Below are positions 1 to 9,406 of a stretch of 64,000 nt of DNA, one piece after another (position 1 is the first letter of the stretch; each line of letters opens with the position of its first letter). The position numbers and the translations under genes were made by a program. The notes under the pieces were generated by a model that searched no databases, was not told where the DNA came from, and saw only the letters and a list, made by a program, of their open reading frames with translations. Location: contig OZ252113.1 of NCBI GenBank assembly GCA_965248645.1, positions 2,885,428 to 2,949,427 of the forward strand, written 5' to 3'. The DNA comes from Acidobacteriota bacterium. Lineage in GTDB: Bacteria; Acidobacteriota; UBA6911; RPQK01; G965248645.

Positions 1-826
1 CCGCCCAGGCCTGTTCGGCCAAACGTCGGACTAGCCGGCCACCCAGCTTACAGTCATTGTTGGTCACAGCGATCGCCGCCCATCCTTGCTCCGGCACGTC
101 CTGCCACGCAAAACTCGGGCAAAGCGAGCAGGCGATCACACCATCGATCGAATCCCAGCCCACGAAGGTTTCAAATAATTCTTTAAGGGCACCAGAATGG
201 GTTCCCTCATCAGGAGGTGGGAGCATCATCGGAACCTTTTGGTAGTGGATAACCGGAGCAATCTTCTTCCGCAGCGTATCCAGCAAGATCTGCATTGCTC
301 GCCCTCCAGTTTCAACGAGGTCACGGTGGGGATGGGTGCGATAGGCAACCAGGGCGGTAGAGAGATCCACCATCTGCTGTGTGACGATTGCATGGCAGTC
401 GAGTGCAACTACAATGGGCACCTTAGACCCCGCCTCTTCGCGGAGCACCTTGAGAAAATAGCCGTCAAGATCGACTATTGTGGATCCACTGATGGCTCCG
501 TGGAAAGCAAAGCAAATCCCATCCAGTCTTCCAGCCTTTCTCAGCTGTCTCCGCAGAGTTTTTTCAAGATGTCCTACGGTGTCGTCTGCAATGGGCCCCG
601 AAGGCAGCACCCGAAAACTGACAAGAGGAAAGATTTCGACGTCGCTGCTCGCGCTCAGAACTTGCACAAACCCAGACACTTCGTCTTGGCGACCCGGATG
701 TTCTAAGACCTCTCTCCCCACGTCAAAACCCTGATAGGATACAAAATCGTCGAGAGTGGTCTCCCGGGAGGAAAACCCATTTGATTCGTGCCAAAACTGG
801 CCGATACCGATCTTGAAACGTGCCAT
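1..826 (-). CDS. M81-family metallopeptidase, MlrC-like (DUF1485-type N-terminal domain); C-terminus lies beyond the left window edge
   Basis: Own translation of the minus strand from ATG 826-824: MARFKIGIGQFWHESNGFSSRETTLDDF...VVALDCHAIVTQQMVDLSTALVAYRTHPHRD... The frame is open to position 1. It is absent from the ORF track because it has no in-window stop. Family call from recalled MlrC features. Confidence 0.7.
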   Translation of the reverse strand, partial: MARFKIGIGQFWHESNGFSSRETTLDDFVSYQGFDVGREVLEHPGRQDEVSGFVQVLSASSDVEIFPLVSFRVLPSGPIADDTVGHLEKTLRRQLRKAGRLDGICFAFHGAISGSTIVDLDGYFLKVLREEAGSKVPIVVALDCHAIVTQQMVDLSTALVAYRTHPHRDLVETGGRAMQILLDTLRKKIAPVIHYQKVPMMLPPPDEGTHSGALKELFETFVGWDSIDGVIACSLCPSFAWQDVPEQGWAAIAVTNNDCKLGGRLVRRLAEQAWA

Positions 827-1441
827 TGAATCAGTCTAACTCACCGGCTGATCTCTGCTCCTCATAATGGTAGAGGATTACCAGAACAGGCAGCAAAAGG
901 TTTTGGAGATCAAATTGAAAAGACAGAGCAAAGACCACAATAGTCTTATCCTCGAACATACCCAGCACGCTCATTCGAAAAAGCTGACAGCATTGCTTTG
1001 ATTCCCAGCCTTCGCTACGGATTGGGGGTGATCAAAACTGCACTTCAATATCGATTGTAGAAGATCAGCTCAACGCCGTTCACGTATTTTGACCTGGAAA
1101 CTCCTTCGTTGGAAATACTATTGGGACTTCGGCAGCAGGATCATCCCTGAGTCAAGTCACCCCATGAGGTTCCAATTCTGACTGCCCTTTTCCCAATTTC
1201 TAAGCATGCAGACCACCCCAGAGTCAGAAGACCTTTACAAAGAAGGCCGACTGGATGCAAACCAGTTCATGATAGATGATTTTAGTGAAACAGCAAGCAG
1301 GGCTTGAGAAATGTGGGTTAGGGCGAAACGTACTACAAAGGGCTTGATCATGAGAACAGGGCCGTAGACACCATTCCAATTGCGGGCCTTGGATACTATT
1401 CCAAGCAGGATGACTGGACAGTTCAAAACAGGCCTAGCCAC

Positions 1442-1473
1442 GTATATAGTATAAGTTCCTTTATACTATATAC
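1442..1473. promoter_or_regulatory. Perfect 13-bp inverted repeat (GTATATAGTATAA-N6-TTATACTATATAC), candidate operator overlapping the promoter of the PhyH gene
   Basis: Read directly: the arms at 1442-1454 and 1461-1473 are exact reverse complements with spacer GTTCCT. It ends 3 nt before GTG 1477 and 21 nt before ATG 1495, and is AT-rich with -10-like hexamers. Confidence 0.55.
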
Positions 1474-1476
1474 TTT

Positions 1477-2250
1477 GTGGGAAGCGGTGTGGAAATGAAT
1501 TACGAGCAATACGGAGAGACCTTCGACCGGGACGGTTACCTGATCATACGGAAATTTCTTCCATACGACGAGTTCGCAGAACTGAATGAAAATCTGGACC
1601 GCTACATCCGAGAGATAGTACCCACCCTTCCAGATACCCATGCCTTCTATGAAAACCGTAACCGACCCGAGACCCTGAAGCAGATGCAATTCATGGCAAA
1701 AGATCGATATTTTTCTCAGTACCGCCATCATCCGCGTTGGACTGCCTGTGCGGAAGCGCTACTGAGTGAGCCAGTTGACGCCCTAGAACCGGAATGGTTC
1801 AACAAACCCCCTGCCAGCGAGCATCCCACCCCGCCGCATCAGGACAACCACTACTTCTGTCTTAAACCGGCTAATGCCTTGACAATGTGGCTGGCCTTGG
1901 ACGCCATTGACCAGGAGAACGGCTGTCTACGGTATGTTAGGGGAGCACATAAACATGGGGTTCGTCCGCATGCGGTTACACAGGTCATCGGATTCTCGCA
2001 GGGAATCACCGATTATGGTCGGGAGGACGAAGTCCGCGAAGTCGTGATCAGCGCAAATCCCAATGATCTTTTGATTCATCATTGCCAAATGATTCATCGA
2101 GCCGAGGCCAACCGCTCCGCCACCCGTTCTCGGCGTGCCTTTGCTATTGTTTTTCGCGGAGCAAGCTCCCGGCTAGACAAAGAGGCTGAAGCTCGGTACA
2201 CAGCGGGCAGAAAAACTCAACATCAAGCACACCGCCTTCAAACAGAATAG
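1477..2250 (+). CDS. Phytanoyl-CoA dioxygenase (PhyH) family Fe(II)/2-oxoglutarate oxygenase
   Basis: 257-aa ORF with PhyH-like layout (GYLIIRKFL..., HxD motif in PPHQDNHYF, distal H in LLIHHCQMIHRA). The true start may be ATG 1495 (MNYEQYGETF). Confidence 0.8.
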   Translation: MGSGVEMNYEQYGETFDRDGYLIIRKFLPYDEFAELNENLDRYIREIVPTLPDTHAFYENRNRPETLKQMQFMAKDRYFSQYRHHPRWTACAEALLSEPVDALEPEWFNKPPASEHPTPPHQDNHYFCLKPANALTMWLALDAIDQENGCLRYVRGAHKHGVRPHAVTQVIGFSQGITDYGREDEVREVVISANPNDLLIHHCQMIHRAEANRSATRSRRAFAIVFRGASSRLDKEAEARYTAGRKTQHQAHRLQTE

Positions 2251-2818
2251 CCACGAGCCTCTATCGGCAAGAATCTCTGGCAATACGAGGGGAATGGCGA
2301 GGGGAATACCACTTTAGTCCACTCGATATGTGCTCCGCCTGCTCCAAGTTCCAGGTTCTCCTGTTCTGTGCGCTCTCTCTTCGAACGAGCTTGGATTCCA
2401 CCGATTTCTCCAGGGACCCTCTTCCAGCCCATCCTCTCTCTGCGGACTGACCCGATACCTCAGCAACCTCTCCATTCCTCAGGGAGGAGATTATTCCTGA
2501 AGACTAGATAGACTGATTTTCTTCCACCCACTTTGTAGGCACAAGAATAGCCTCCCGGTCTTCAAGAGGCCGAAAAGCCACGAGTTTTTTCAAAAATCAA
2601 ACGCCCACACTTGGAACCTGGAACCGGAGAGAATAGGCTACCTATATTTTCGATAATCGCCCCATCCTATGCTTGTGCTCTGACCTTCAACATGCCAAGC
2701 TGGTTGTTTATTTTGGTCAGGGTCTCAAGAAGAGCACTGTATTTTTTCTTCCCACAAATGATTGGATCGTGTTGCACGGACAATTCAACTCGATACAAAC
2801 TCGATCAAGGAGTCCATC

Positions 2819-4393
2819 ATGCCCCCGCCTCCTGAATACAAGATCATCTACAATTGGGACGATGCACCTCACACCTACCACGCTTTCCCACAGTCGACCG
2901 AAGATTTCCTTAGCGGTGTTTATGACGTGATGGAAAAAACCCAGGTCGGCGCGCACTTTTGGTGCCTCGGTATAGATGTTGCTCGCTGGAAAAGCCAAGT
3001 CATGCCGATGGTGGGTCAAATTCAGAAACGAAGATATGCAGGCGCTGACCAGTTCACACAAAACGAAAATATTTTGGCCATGTTGGAGCGAGGCGAAGAC
3101 CCGCAGAAGGCCGTCATCAGACGGGGTCATGAACTCGGGCTGCATGCATATGCCTCGGTGCGGATGAACGACAACCACTACCGCGGTGCCCAAATCGATG
3201 ACCTACCCCAGTTGCGTCTCACGGAGCGCACCAAGATTCGAAAAGAGCATCCGGAGTGGCTACTCGGTGACCAGACCAGCGAATGGTTCGCTCTGTCTCT
3301 GAACATGGCACTTCCCGAGGTTAGAGAGTATCGCTTCCAATACATCGAAGAATTCTGCCGCCTTTATGACTGGGACGGAGTCGAGCTCGACTGGCAACGC
3401 CACGGCTTTCACCTACCGAAAGACCAGGCTTACCGACTTAAATACACGCTGACGGATCTTCAGCGGGCAGTGAGGCGGATGGCAAACAACCTTTCCCGAA
3501 AACGTGGCAAACCTTTTTATGTGGCCGCCCGTGTTTCAGGCACACTCGAAATGTGCAGCCGTATTGGCTACGATGTGCCGGCCTGGATTGAAGAGAACCT
3601 GGTAGACGTGCTCATTCCCGCCGGCTGCGCCTCGAGCGATCCTTCCGTTGACGTAGCCAGCTTTGTCCAGTTGTGCCAGGGAACCCATGTGGTGGTCTAT
3701 CCTGGCTTCGACGCCGGAAACTTTGCCGCTGAATCGGGACCTGAGGATCCCCATGAAAAAGACAAGATGTTAAACCGCGCCATTGCCAATCGCTACCATC
3801 GGGACGGTGCTAAGGGTATCTACCTGTTCAACTGGCACGGTGACGGGCACGTCCGTCGCGAGCTCATGAACCAGATGGGATCTCCACAGACGCTAGCTCG
3901 CACGGATAAGATCTACGGCGCGACCTATCGCCATCTTCAGCCAAAAGGCGAGTGGCGAGGGGCATTTCGAAACGACCGAATCTGGGGCGAAGTGCCCGTA
4001 GACCTCAAACCGTCACTCACCGAGGAGGATGGCCCGACCTTCAGGATCGACATCGCAGACGACCCGGTTACCGATGGGGCGCAGCGCACAGAACTTCGCC
4101 TGCGCCTGGACCAATGGGTTAACGACGACCAGATTCGCGTTCTGCTCGACGGGTCCGAGATGATCAACGGCCACTGGCAATACCACATCGATTACGACCG
4201 CTATGCCAACCAATTCGCGGCACCGCTCCAGAAGGTAGGCTCTGCCGCATGGTTTACCTATCCCTTAACCGCCACACAAGCCGCCAGTGGCGCACACGAA
4301 GTGAAAGTGATCCTGGACCAACGCAACCCTCATCTAGAGAACGCGATCGTGGTCACGGACGTGGAGATTCTCATCAAGTACTGCCAAAGCTAG
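2819..4393 (+). CDS. Hypothetical protein, glycoside-hydrolase-like TIM-barrel candidate
   Basis: Long ORF. ATG 2819 is preceded by AAGGAG 8 nt upstream. Motifs such as RMNDNHY and DWDGVELDWQRHG resemble GH-like (GHL10-type) barrels. Function is not secure. Confidence 0.55.
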   Translation: MPPPPEYKIIYNWDDAPHTYHAFPQSTEDFLSGVYDVMEKTQVGAHFWCLGIDVARWKSQVMPMVGQIQKRRYAGADQFTQNENILAMLERGEDPQKAVIRRGHELGLHAYASVRMNDNHYRGAQIDDLPQLRLTERTKIRKEHPEWLLGDQTSEWFALSLNMALPEVREYRFQYIEEFCRLYDWDGVELDWQRHGFHLPKDQAYRLKYTLTDLQRAVRRMANNLSRKRGKPFYVAARVSGTLEMCSRIGYDVPAWIEENLVDVLIPAGCASSDPSVDVASFVQLCQGTHVVVYPGFDAGNFAAESGPEDPHEKDKMLNRAIANRYHRDGAKGIYLFNWHGDGHVRRELMNQMGSPQTLARTDKIYGATYRHLQPKGEWRGAFRNDRIWGEVPVDLKPSLTEEDGPTFRIDIADDPVTDGAQRTELRLRLDQWVNDDQIRVLLDGSEMINGHWQYHIDYDRYANQFAAPLQKVGSAAWFTYPLTATQAASGAHEVKVILDQRNPHLENAIVVTDVEILIKYCQS

Positions 4394-4508
4394 GCTACCC
4401 GTATCGACCTCGACAGCTCAGGGTCGGACAACCACCGCGGGAATTTCTTTGACGGCCAGGACCATCGTGATCCAAACTTTCCTCACTCGCCCGTGCCTTC
4501 GGCGCAAC

Positions 4509-4886
4509 CTAATCCGCCAGAGGCGGAGAATCCGTTTTAAAGAACGTACGTAGGTAGGCGATGACATCTCTGATTTGAGTCTCGTTCAACCCTCTCACAC
4601 GTGTCATCTTGCCTTTGCCCTCAGTGATAATCTTCCTAATCTCCGAGTTGGTCTTAGACTTCACCTCTTCCCCCAGATAGGGGATGTCCACCTCTAGAAT
4701 CTTCTCCATGGCAGGATTTCCGCGACCGTCTTCACCGTGGCACATCTGACACTGCTCCTTGAAAACCTTCTGACCTGCCTTCGGATCACCGGCTTGAGCA
4801 GACTTGGATACCGCAGGAACACCGAAGACAATGGCAGTGAAGACGAGACTAGAAACAAGAAAAGCTTTGATAATCGGATCTCTCAT
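4509..4886 (-). CDS. Monoheme class I c-type cytochrome, secreted
   Basis: Internal start MRDPIIKAFLVSSLVFTAIVFG (signal peptide) with GGAG upstream; heme motif CQMCH and a distal Met. The longer 214-aa track ORF overlaps topA and is rejected. Confidence 0.8.
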   Translation of the reverse strand: MRDPIIKAFLVSSLVFTAIVFGVPAVSKSAQAGDPKAGQKVFKEQCQMCHGEDGRGNPAMEKILEVDIPYLGEEVKSKTNSEIRKIITEGKGKMTRVRGLNETQIRDVIAYLRTFFKTDSPPLAD

Positions 4887-4915
4887 AGGAATACTCCAGC
4901 TCTTTTCCAAACCGG

Positions 4916-7171
4916 CTAGCCCGCGGAAACTGGCTCTAGTACCTCTTGGTAGCTGCACTCCGGCTTTCCGCAGCGGTGGGAAAGGCCTTCTTTTTTGGTT
5001 AAGCGTTCCAAAAGATAAGGAGCACCGCAGGACGGGCAGCGACGAGGAACGGGTTTCTGCCACAAAACGAATTGGCAATCTGGAAAAGCAGCACAGCTGT
5101 AGAAAGTTCGTCCGCGGCGGGACCGCCGCCGGACGATTTCTCCGTTTCCGCATTGGGGACAGATGATGCCCGTCGTATCCGGTTTGACGTACTTGCAGGT
5201 GGGATAGTTACTGCACGCGACAAAGGGGCCGTATCTGCCCTGCCTCTCGACCAACTTCATGCTGCAACTAGGACAGCTCTCATCAAGGGGCTTGCTAATT
5301 TGAACTCGGTCTCCGCTAGTACTCGAGTGCATCTTTTTCGTATTTTTGCAGGCGGGATAGTTGCTGCAGGCCAGGAATTTCCCGAAGCGGCCCCACCGAA
5401 TCACCATCTTCGACCCACACTGCTCACAGACAACATCCGCCAGAATCTCCTCCTTCTTTAAGTTCTTCATCTCTTTTCGAGCCTGCCGTAATTCCCTAGA
5501 AAACTCGGCATAAAAGCCGCGTAATGTCTCCACTCGATCTTCTTTGCCACGCTCAATATTGTCGAGATTCTTTTCCAAGCGGGCCGTGTAGTCATAATCG
5601 AAGATTTCTCGAAAATGGTTCACCAGGAGTCCGATGACAATTTCTCCGACTTCGGTGGGAACAAACCGCGCTTCTTCTTTTTTCACATAGTCCCGACCCT
5701 GAATGACAGTCAAGATCTGCGCATAAGTCGAAGGTCGTCCAATCCCCTTCTCTTCCAGGACCTTGACCAAGGTAGCTTCGCTGTACCGTGATGGGGGTTG
5801 AGTGAACTTTTGCTCCCGCTGGATCCCCTCCACAACCAGCTTTTTACCGACCTTGACTTCGGGGACAAGTGTGTCTTTCTCCTCGTCTCTCCGTCCCTGG
5901 GAACTCTCCTGATAAACCTTGAGAAAACCATCAAATTTCAGAATTGAACCTAGTCCCTTGAATTGGGCAGGACCAGCTACAATCCCAATTTCAGTCTGGT
6001 CAAACAGAGCTGGCTTCATCTGGGAAGCCACGAAGCGCTGCCAGATCAACGTGTAGAGACGCAGCTCATCTCGCCCGAGAAAGGACTTGATTGCCCCCGG
6101 TGCCCTTAACACTCCAGTTGGACGAGTAGCCTCGTGAGCGTCTTGGGCACCTTTTTTACCTCGATAGATCACAGCGCGCGGGGGCAGATAATTCTCTCCA
6201 TAGACTTCCCCAATGAACTCACGTACTTCGTGCAGTGCCGAAGCGGCCACGCGCGTCGAGTCAGTTCGCATGTAAGTGATTAAGCCCACCCGGCCTTCGC
6301 CTCCAATCTCCACTCCCTCATAAAGGCGCTGAGCCAGCATCATTGTTTTTTTGACCGAAAAGCGCAACTTTTGCCAAGCCTCCTGTTGAAGCTTGCTGGT
6401 GATGAAGGGAGCAACTGGGTGGCGTTTCCTCTTTTTCCTCTTGACCTCGGCCACGATAAAGTCAGCAGCACGCAATGCATCTAGCAACCGATCTGCTTCC
6501 TCCCGGCTCGAGACTTTAAATTTTTTCCCCTTGCGCTTGAAGGCTTTGGCCTCAAAGATTGGAGGATTCTTGGCACTAAGTCGGGCTGTGAAGTTCCAAT
6601 ATTCCTCGGAGACAAAGGAGCGAATCTCGTTTTCACGGTCAACAATAATGCGTAGGGCCACAGACTGTACTCTTCCCGCCGAAAGGCCGCTGCGCACTTT
6701 TCGCCACAAAAGAGGACTCACTTTGTAGCCTACCAGCCGATCCACAATGCGTCTGGCCTGTTGAGCTTCCACTTTGTTGCGGTCAATCTGGGAAGGGTTC
6801 TTGAAGGCCTCTTCAATGGCTGTTTGGGTGATCTCACTGAACAAAACCCGGTAAAACTGGTGTTTTTCGCTTCCATCCAACTCCTCGGCCAAGTGCTGAC
6901 AAATGATTTCTCCTTCCCTATCGGGGTCGGCAGCCAGATAAATCGCCACTGTGTTGCGGGCAATCTTCTTCAGCCCGCCAACGATCTTCTCCTTGCCCGG
7001 AATAATGCGATAGGTAGGGCAAAAATCGCGCTCAATGTCCACCCCCAAAATGCCCTTGGGAAGGTCTTTGATATGCCCCGAACAAGCGTGAACAGTGTAC
7101 TCTTTACCCAGATATTTCTCGATTGTTCTCGCCTTGGCAGGTGATTCCACTATCACGACGGATTTGGCCAT
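4916..7171 (-). CDS. topA: DNA topoisomerase I
   Basis: 751 aa. Toprim N-terminus MAKSVVIVESPAKARTIEKYLG..., C-terminal Cys4 zinc ribbons (CEQCGSKM..., CPSCS..., CPQCG...). Confidence 0.97.
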   Translation of the reverse strand: MAKSVVIVESPAKARTIEKYLGKEYTVHACSGHIKDLPKGILGVDIERDFCPTYRIIPGKEKIVGGLKKIARNTVAIYLAADPDREGEIICQHLAEELDGSEKHQFYRVLFSEITQTAIEEAFKNPSQIDRNKVEAQQARRIVDRLVGYKVSPLLWRKVRSGLSAGRVQSVALRIIVDRENEIRSFVSEEYWNFTARLSAKNPPIFEAKAFKRKGKKFKVSSREEADRLLDALRAADFIVAEVKRKKRKRHPVAPFITSKLQQEAWQKLRFSVKKTMMLAQRLYEGVEIGGEGRVGLITYMRTDSTRVAASALHEVREFIGEVYGENYLPPRAVIYRGKKGAQDAHEATRPTGVLRAPGAIKSFLGRDELRLYTLIWQRFVASQMKPALFDQTEIGIVAGPAQFKGLGSILKFDGFLKVYQESSQGRRDEEKDTLVPEVKVGKKLVVEGIQREQKFTQPPSRYSEATLVKVLEEKGIGRPSTYAQILTVIQGRDYVKKEEARFVPTEVGEIVIGLLVNHFREIFDYDYTARLEKNLDNIERGKEDRVETLRGFYAEFSRELRQARKEMKNLKKEEILADVVCEQCGSKMVIRWGRFGKFLACSNYPACKNTKKMHSSTSGDRVQISKPLDESCPSCSMKLVERQGRYGPFVACSNYPTCKYVKPDTTGIICPQCGNGEIVRRRSRRGRTFYSCAAFPDCQFVLWQKPVPRRCPSCGAPYLLERLTKKEGLSHRCGKPECSYQEVLEPVSAG

Positions 7172-7251
7172 TTTCCTGTTCCTCTCAACCTATTACCATA
7201 ATCCATTTTGTAGATTCATGAAATCCGTGGCTATAAATTCTTGGTTCGAGC

Positions 7252-8370
7252 TCACACCAACATACGCGTGAAACACCGTCCAGGAATCTGACTAACCTTG
7301 CCCCTAATTTTGAGCTCTAGCAAAATCTGGGTCAGTTCCGAGATAGGCATTTTCGAGACCAGTAAAAGCCGATCAAAACACACAGATGCATCTGACGCTA
7401 AAAGTTTCAATACGCTTTCCTGATTTTCAGTCAAGATAGGCGTAGTTGAGGACGGCCCAGAATCCCCTGGAATGGGCTCGTCTCCCGCGCCACAAAAAGT
7501 CCAGCAAGTAGACCAGGAGAGCGTTGACGACATCCTAGATTGTGATAGCCACCGCGCCTTCCTGTTTAATCAAAATAGTTCAGACCTTAACTTCCCGGCG
7601 AACTGACATTGCCTGGAACCGCCCACAATTACCGATTCCAGGATCAGTTGAGCCGTAATCAGTTAATCAGAGAACTCTGATACCTCCCTGACGATCGTCC
7701 CATGACTCAGTCCGCTAGTGATGCGGTTCCGAATGGGAAAGTTTTGAGGAACTGGAAATCTTCCCCAGGGGAATTTACCGATGGTACAACTCCATTCGAC
7801 AATGCGCTCATACAGACAGCCGTTCTCTCGTAGATAGACCACACCCACCCCACTGCCCATCACCTCTACCGAGATTTCTCCACCTTCCAGAGCACCGAGA
7901 TGGGACTGAAAATAGATGCCTTTGGCCAAGCTATTCACGATGCTCTGTCCCACCCTCAACCAACTCTCTAGCCACTTTTTGAGTCACCTGCTTGCTATAG
8001 ACAGAACAGAGCTGCGCATAGACTATGTCAGGAAGGGCCGGCAAAGAATAGCTGCCTATCCCAGAACATCAATCACAACTGGAAAATCGAAAATCTACTT
8101 TAACAAATTCGGATACTTGTCACCCCGAAATAAAACAACCTGTATTTCCTTCTTTCTGGTTTGTCAACCATCCAATCGGAAACTCACTAGCACAACCAGT
8201 TGAGATGTAGGTAGAGATTTCCCCAAACAGTTAAAGGCGCCTAAGCTCCTGGGAAGAGAGTCTGATGAGTTCTTGAGCAGAACCGCACTTGCGAAACAAT
8301 TGGTGAAGCCGTAGCGATACCCGGTCCCGAAACCAGAATCAATGCCAAACAACAGAACATTTCTTCGTGC
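7252..8370 (-). pseudogene. dprA: DNA-processing protein DprA, decayed (2 in-frame stops plus an N-terminal frameshift)
   Basis: The core (7663-7959, ...SLAKGI..GALEGGE..FPIRNRITSGLSHGTIV) and the C-terminal winged helix (7252-7533) are in the same frame but interrupted by TAA (SEFSD*LITAQL) and TGA (SELF*LNRK). Upstream, CSVYSKQVTQKVARELVEGG lies in another frame. The classical dprA-topA synteny is kept. The N-terminal limit is approximate. Confidence 0.7.
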
Positions 8371-8611
8371 TTCTGATTTCCCTATTACGCTCAAAGTGAA
8401 AAATCTGCGAAGATAAAGAGGAGCCGGCTTGGCGGTTGACGTTACTCGGCCTTGCGTACCTCCGGTGCGGCCTGGTCCCGCTCGCGCACTGTGGGACCTG
8501 CGGCCTGCCTGACGACGCCGGAGGAACGCACAGACCAAGTCAATGAAAGGTCGGTTATCGGCTCTCAAGTGGGCACCGCCTACTTCGGGCGTCCCAAAAG
8601 GCACACGACCC

Positions 8612-9406
8612 ATGAAACTGCGAGTCTCATTCATCGACTTTCTGAACGCGGTCCCCCTGGGTTGGGGATTTCTGAACGGTCCCTACCAGGAAGCCTTCGA
8701 GCTCCTCTTCGACGTTCCCGCCGAGTGCGCAAAACATCTCACCACTGGAGAGGCAGACGTGGGACTAATCCCGGTGATCGAATACCAGAATATCCCCAGC
8801 CTTCGCGTGTTGCCGGACATCTCGATTGCCTCCAAGCGTGAAGCCAAAAGTGTGTTATTCGTGAGCAAGCTCCCTCTCGAGACCGTCTCTGACATTGCGG
8901 TGGACCAATCGAGCCGTACATCAATCGCCCTTCTGAAAATTCTGATCCACCATTTTTATGGAAGGGATTCGGTCAAATACAGTGAAAAACCTCCCGACGC
9001 GGAAAAAATGTTGGAGAGCCATCAGGCGGCTCTCATTATCGGCAACCCGGCTCTCAAAGTCCGCAGCCACTCGCTTTATGTATACGACCTCGCCCAAGAA
9101 TGGAATCGCTTTACCGGACTGCCCTTTGTCTTTGCCTTTTGGGCCGTGCGTTCCGAGGTGGACCTAGGAGACCAGCTGCAACTTTTTTACCGCTCGCGAG
9201 AACAGGGTCTTAAAGAAGTTGATACAATCGCTCGGAGGTACTCCAAACAACTCGGTATTACGGCCTCAGAGATCCGTAGTTACATCCAGAAGAACCTAGA
9301 CTATTCCCTGGACAGCACTAACCAACGAGGACTGGAAACCTTTTTTCAGCTGGCCGCACAACTTGAGCTTACCCCTGCTCCCCGTCGACTGAACTTCTAT
9401 CGATGA
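8612..9406 (+). CDS. mqnA: Chorismate dehydratase (futalosine pathway step 1)
   Basis: MKLRVSFIDFLNAVPLGWGFLNG...GEADVGLIPVIEY... is typical MqnA. The internal ATG is used rather than the upstream alternative start in the track. Confidence 0.82.
   Translation: MKLRVSFIDFLNAVPLGWGFLNGPYQEAFELLFDVPAECAKHLTTGEADVGLIPVIEYQNIPSLRVLPDISIASKREAKSVLFVSKLPLETVSDIAVDQSSRTSIALLKILIHHFYGRDSVKYSEKPPDAEKMLESHQAALIIGNPALKVRSHSLYVYDLAQEWNRFTGLPFVFAFWAVRSEVDLGDQLQLFYRSREQGLKEVDTIARRYSKQLGITASEIRSYIQKNLDYSLDSTNQRGLETFFQLAAQLELTPAPRRLNFYR

Noticed and set aside
1235-1441. 68-aa minus-strand ORF in the MlrC/PhyH intergenic region
   Set aside because: It has no RBS and no recognisable motif, and it lies in a region with frequent stops in the other frames. 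It is kept only as a possible gene ghost.
4509-5153. 214-aa version of the cytochrome c ORF
   Set aside because: Its first 89 codons overlap the 3' end of topA and are Arg/Pro-rich nonsense. An internal ATG (4886) with GGAG upstream gives a normal signal peptide.
6393-6728. Many ORFs of 60-270 aa antisense to or out of frame with topA, secA, lon, sat-cysC, clpX, tig, trp genes and others (for example 6393-6728, 27489-28310, 44258-44812, 26616-27215, 42888-43391)
   Set aside because: They are shadow ORFs inside long, well-supported genes. Their composition is low-complexity and Arg/Ser/Pro-rich, with no recognisable motifs.
8164-8634. 156-aa minus-strand ORF overlapping the mqnA start
   Set aside because: Only its C-terminal third resembles the DprA N-terminus (it is part of the pseudogene). 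The rest is Arg/Gly-rich read-through of the mqnA promoter region.
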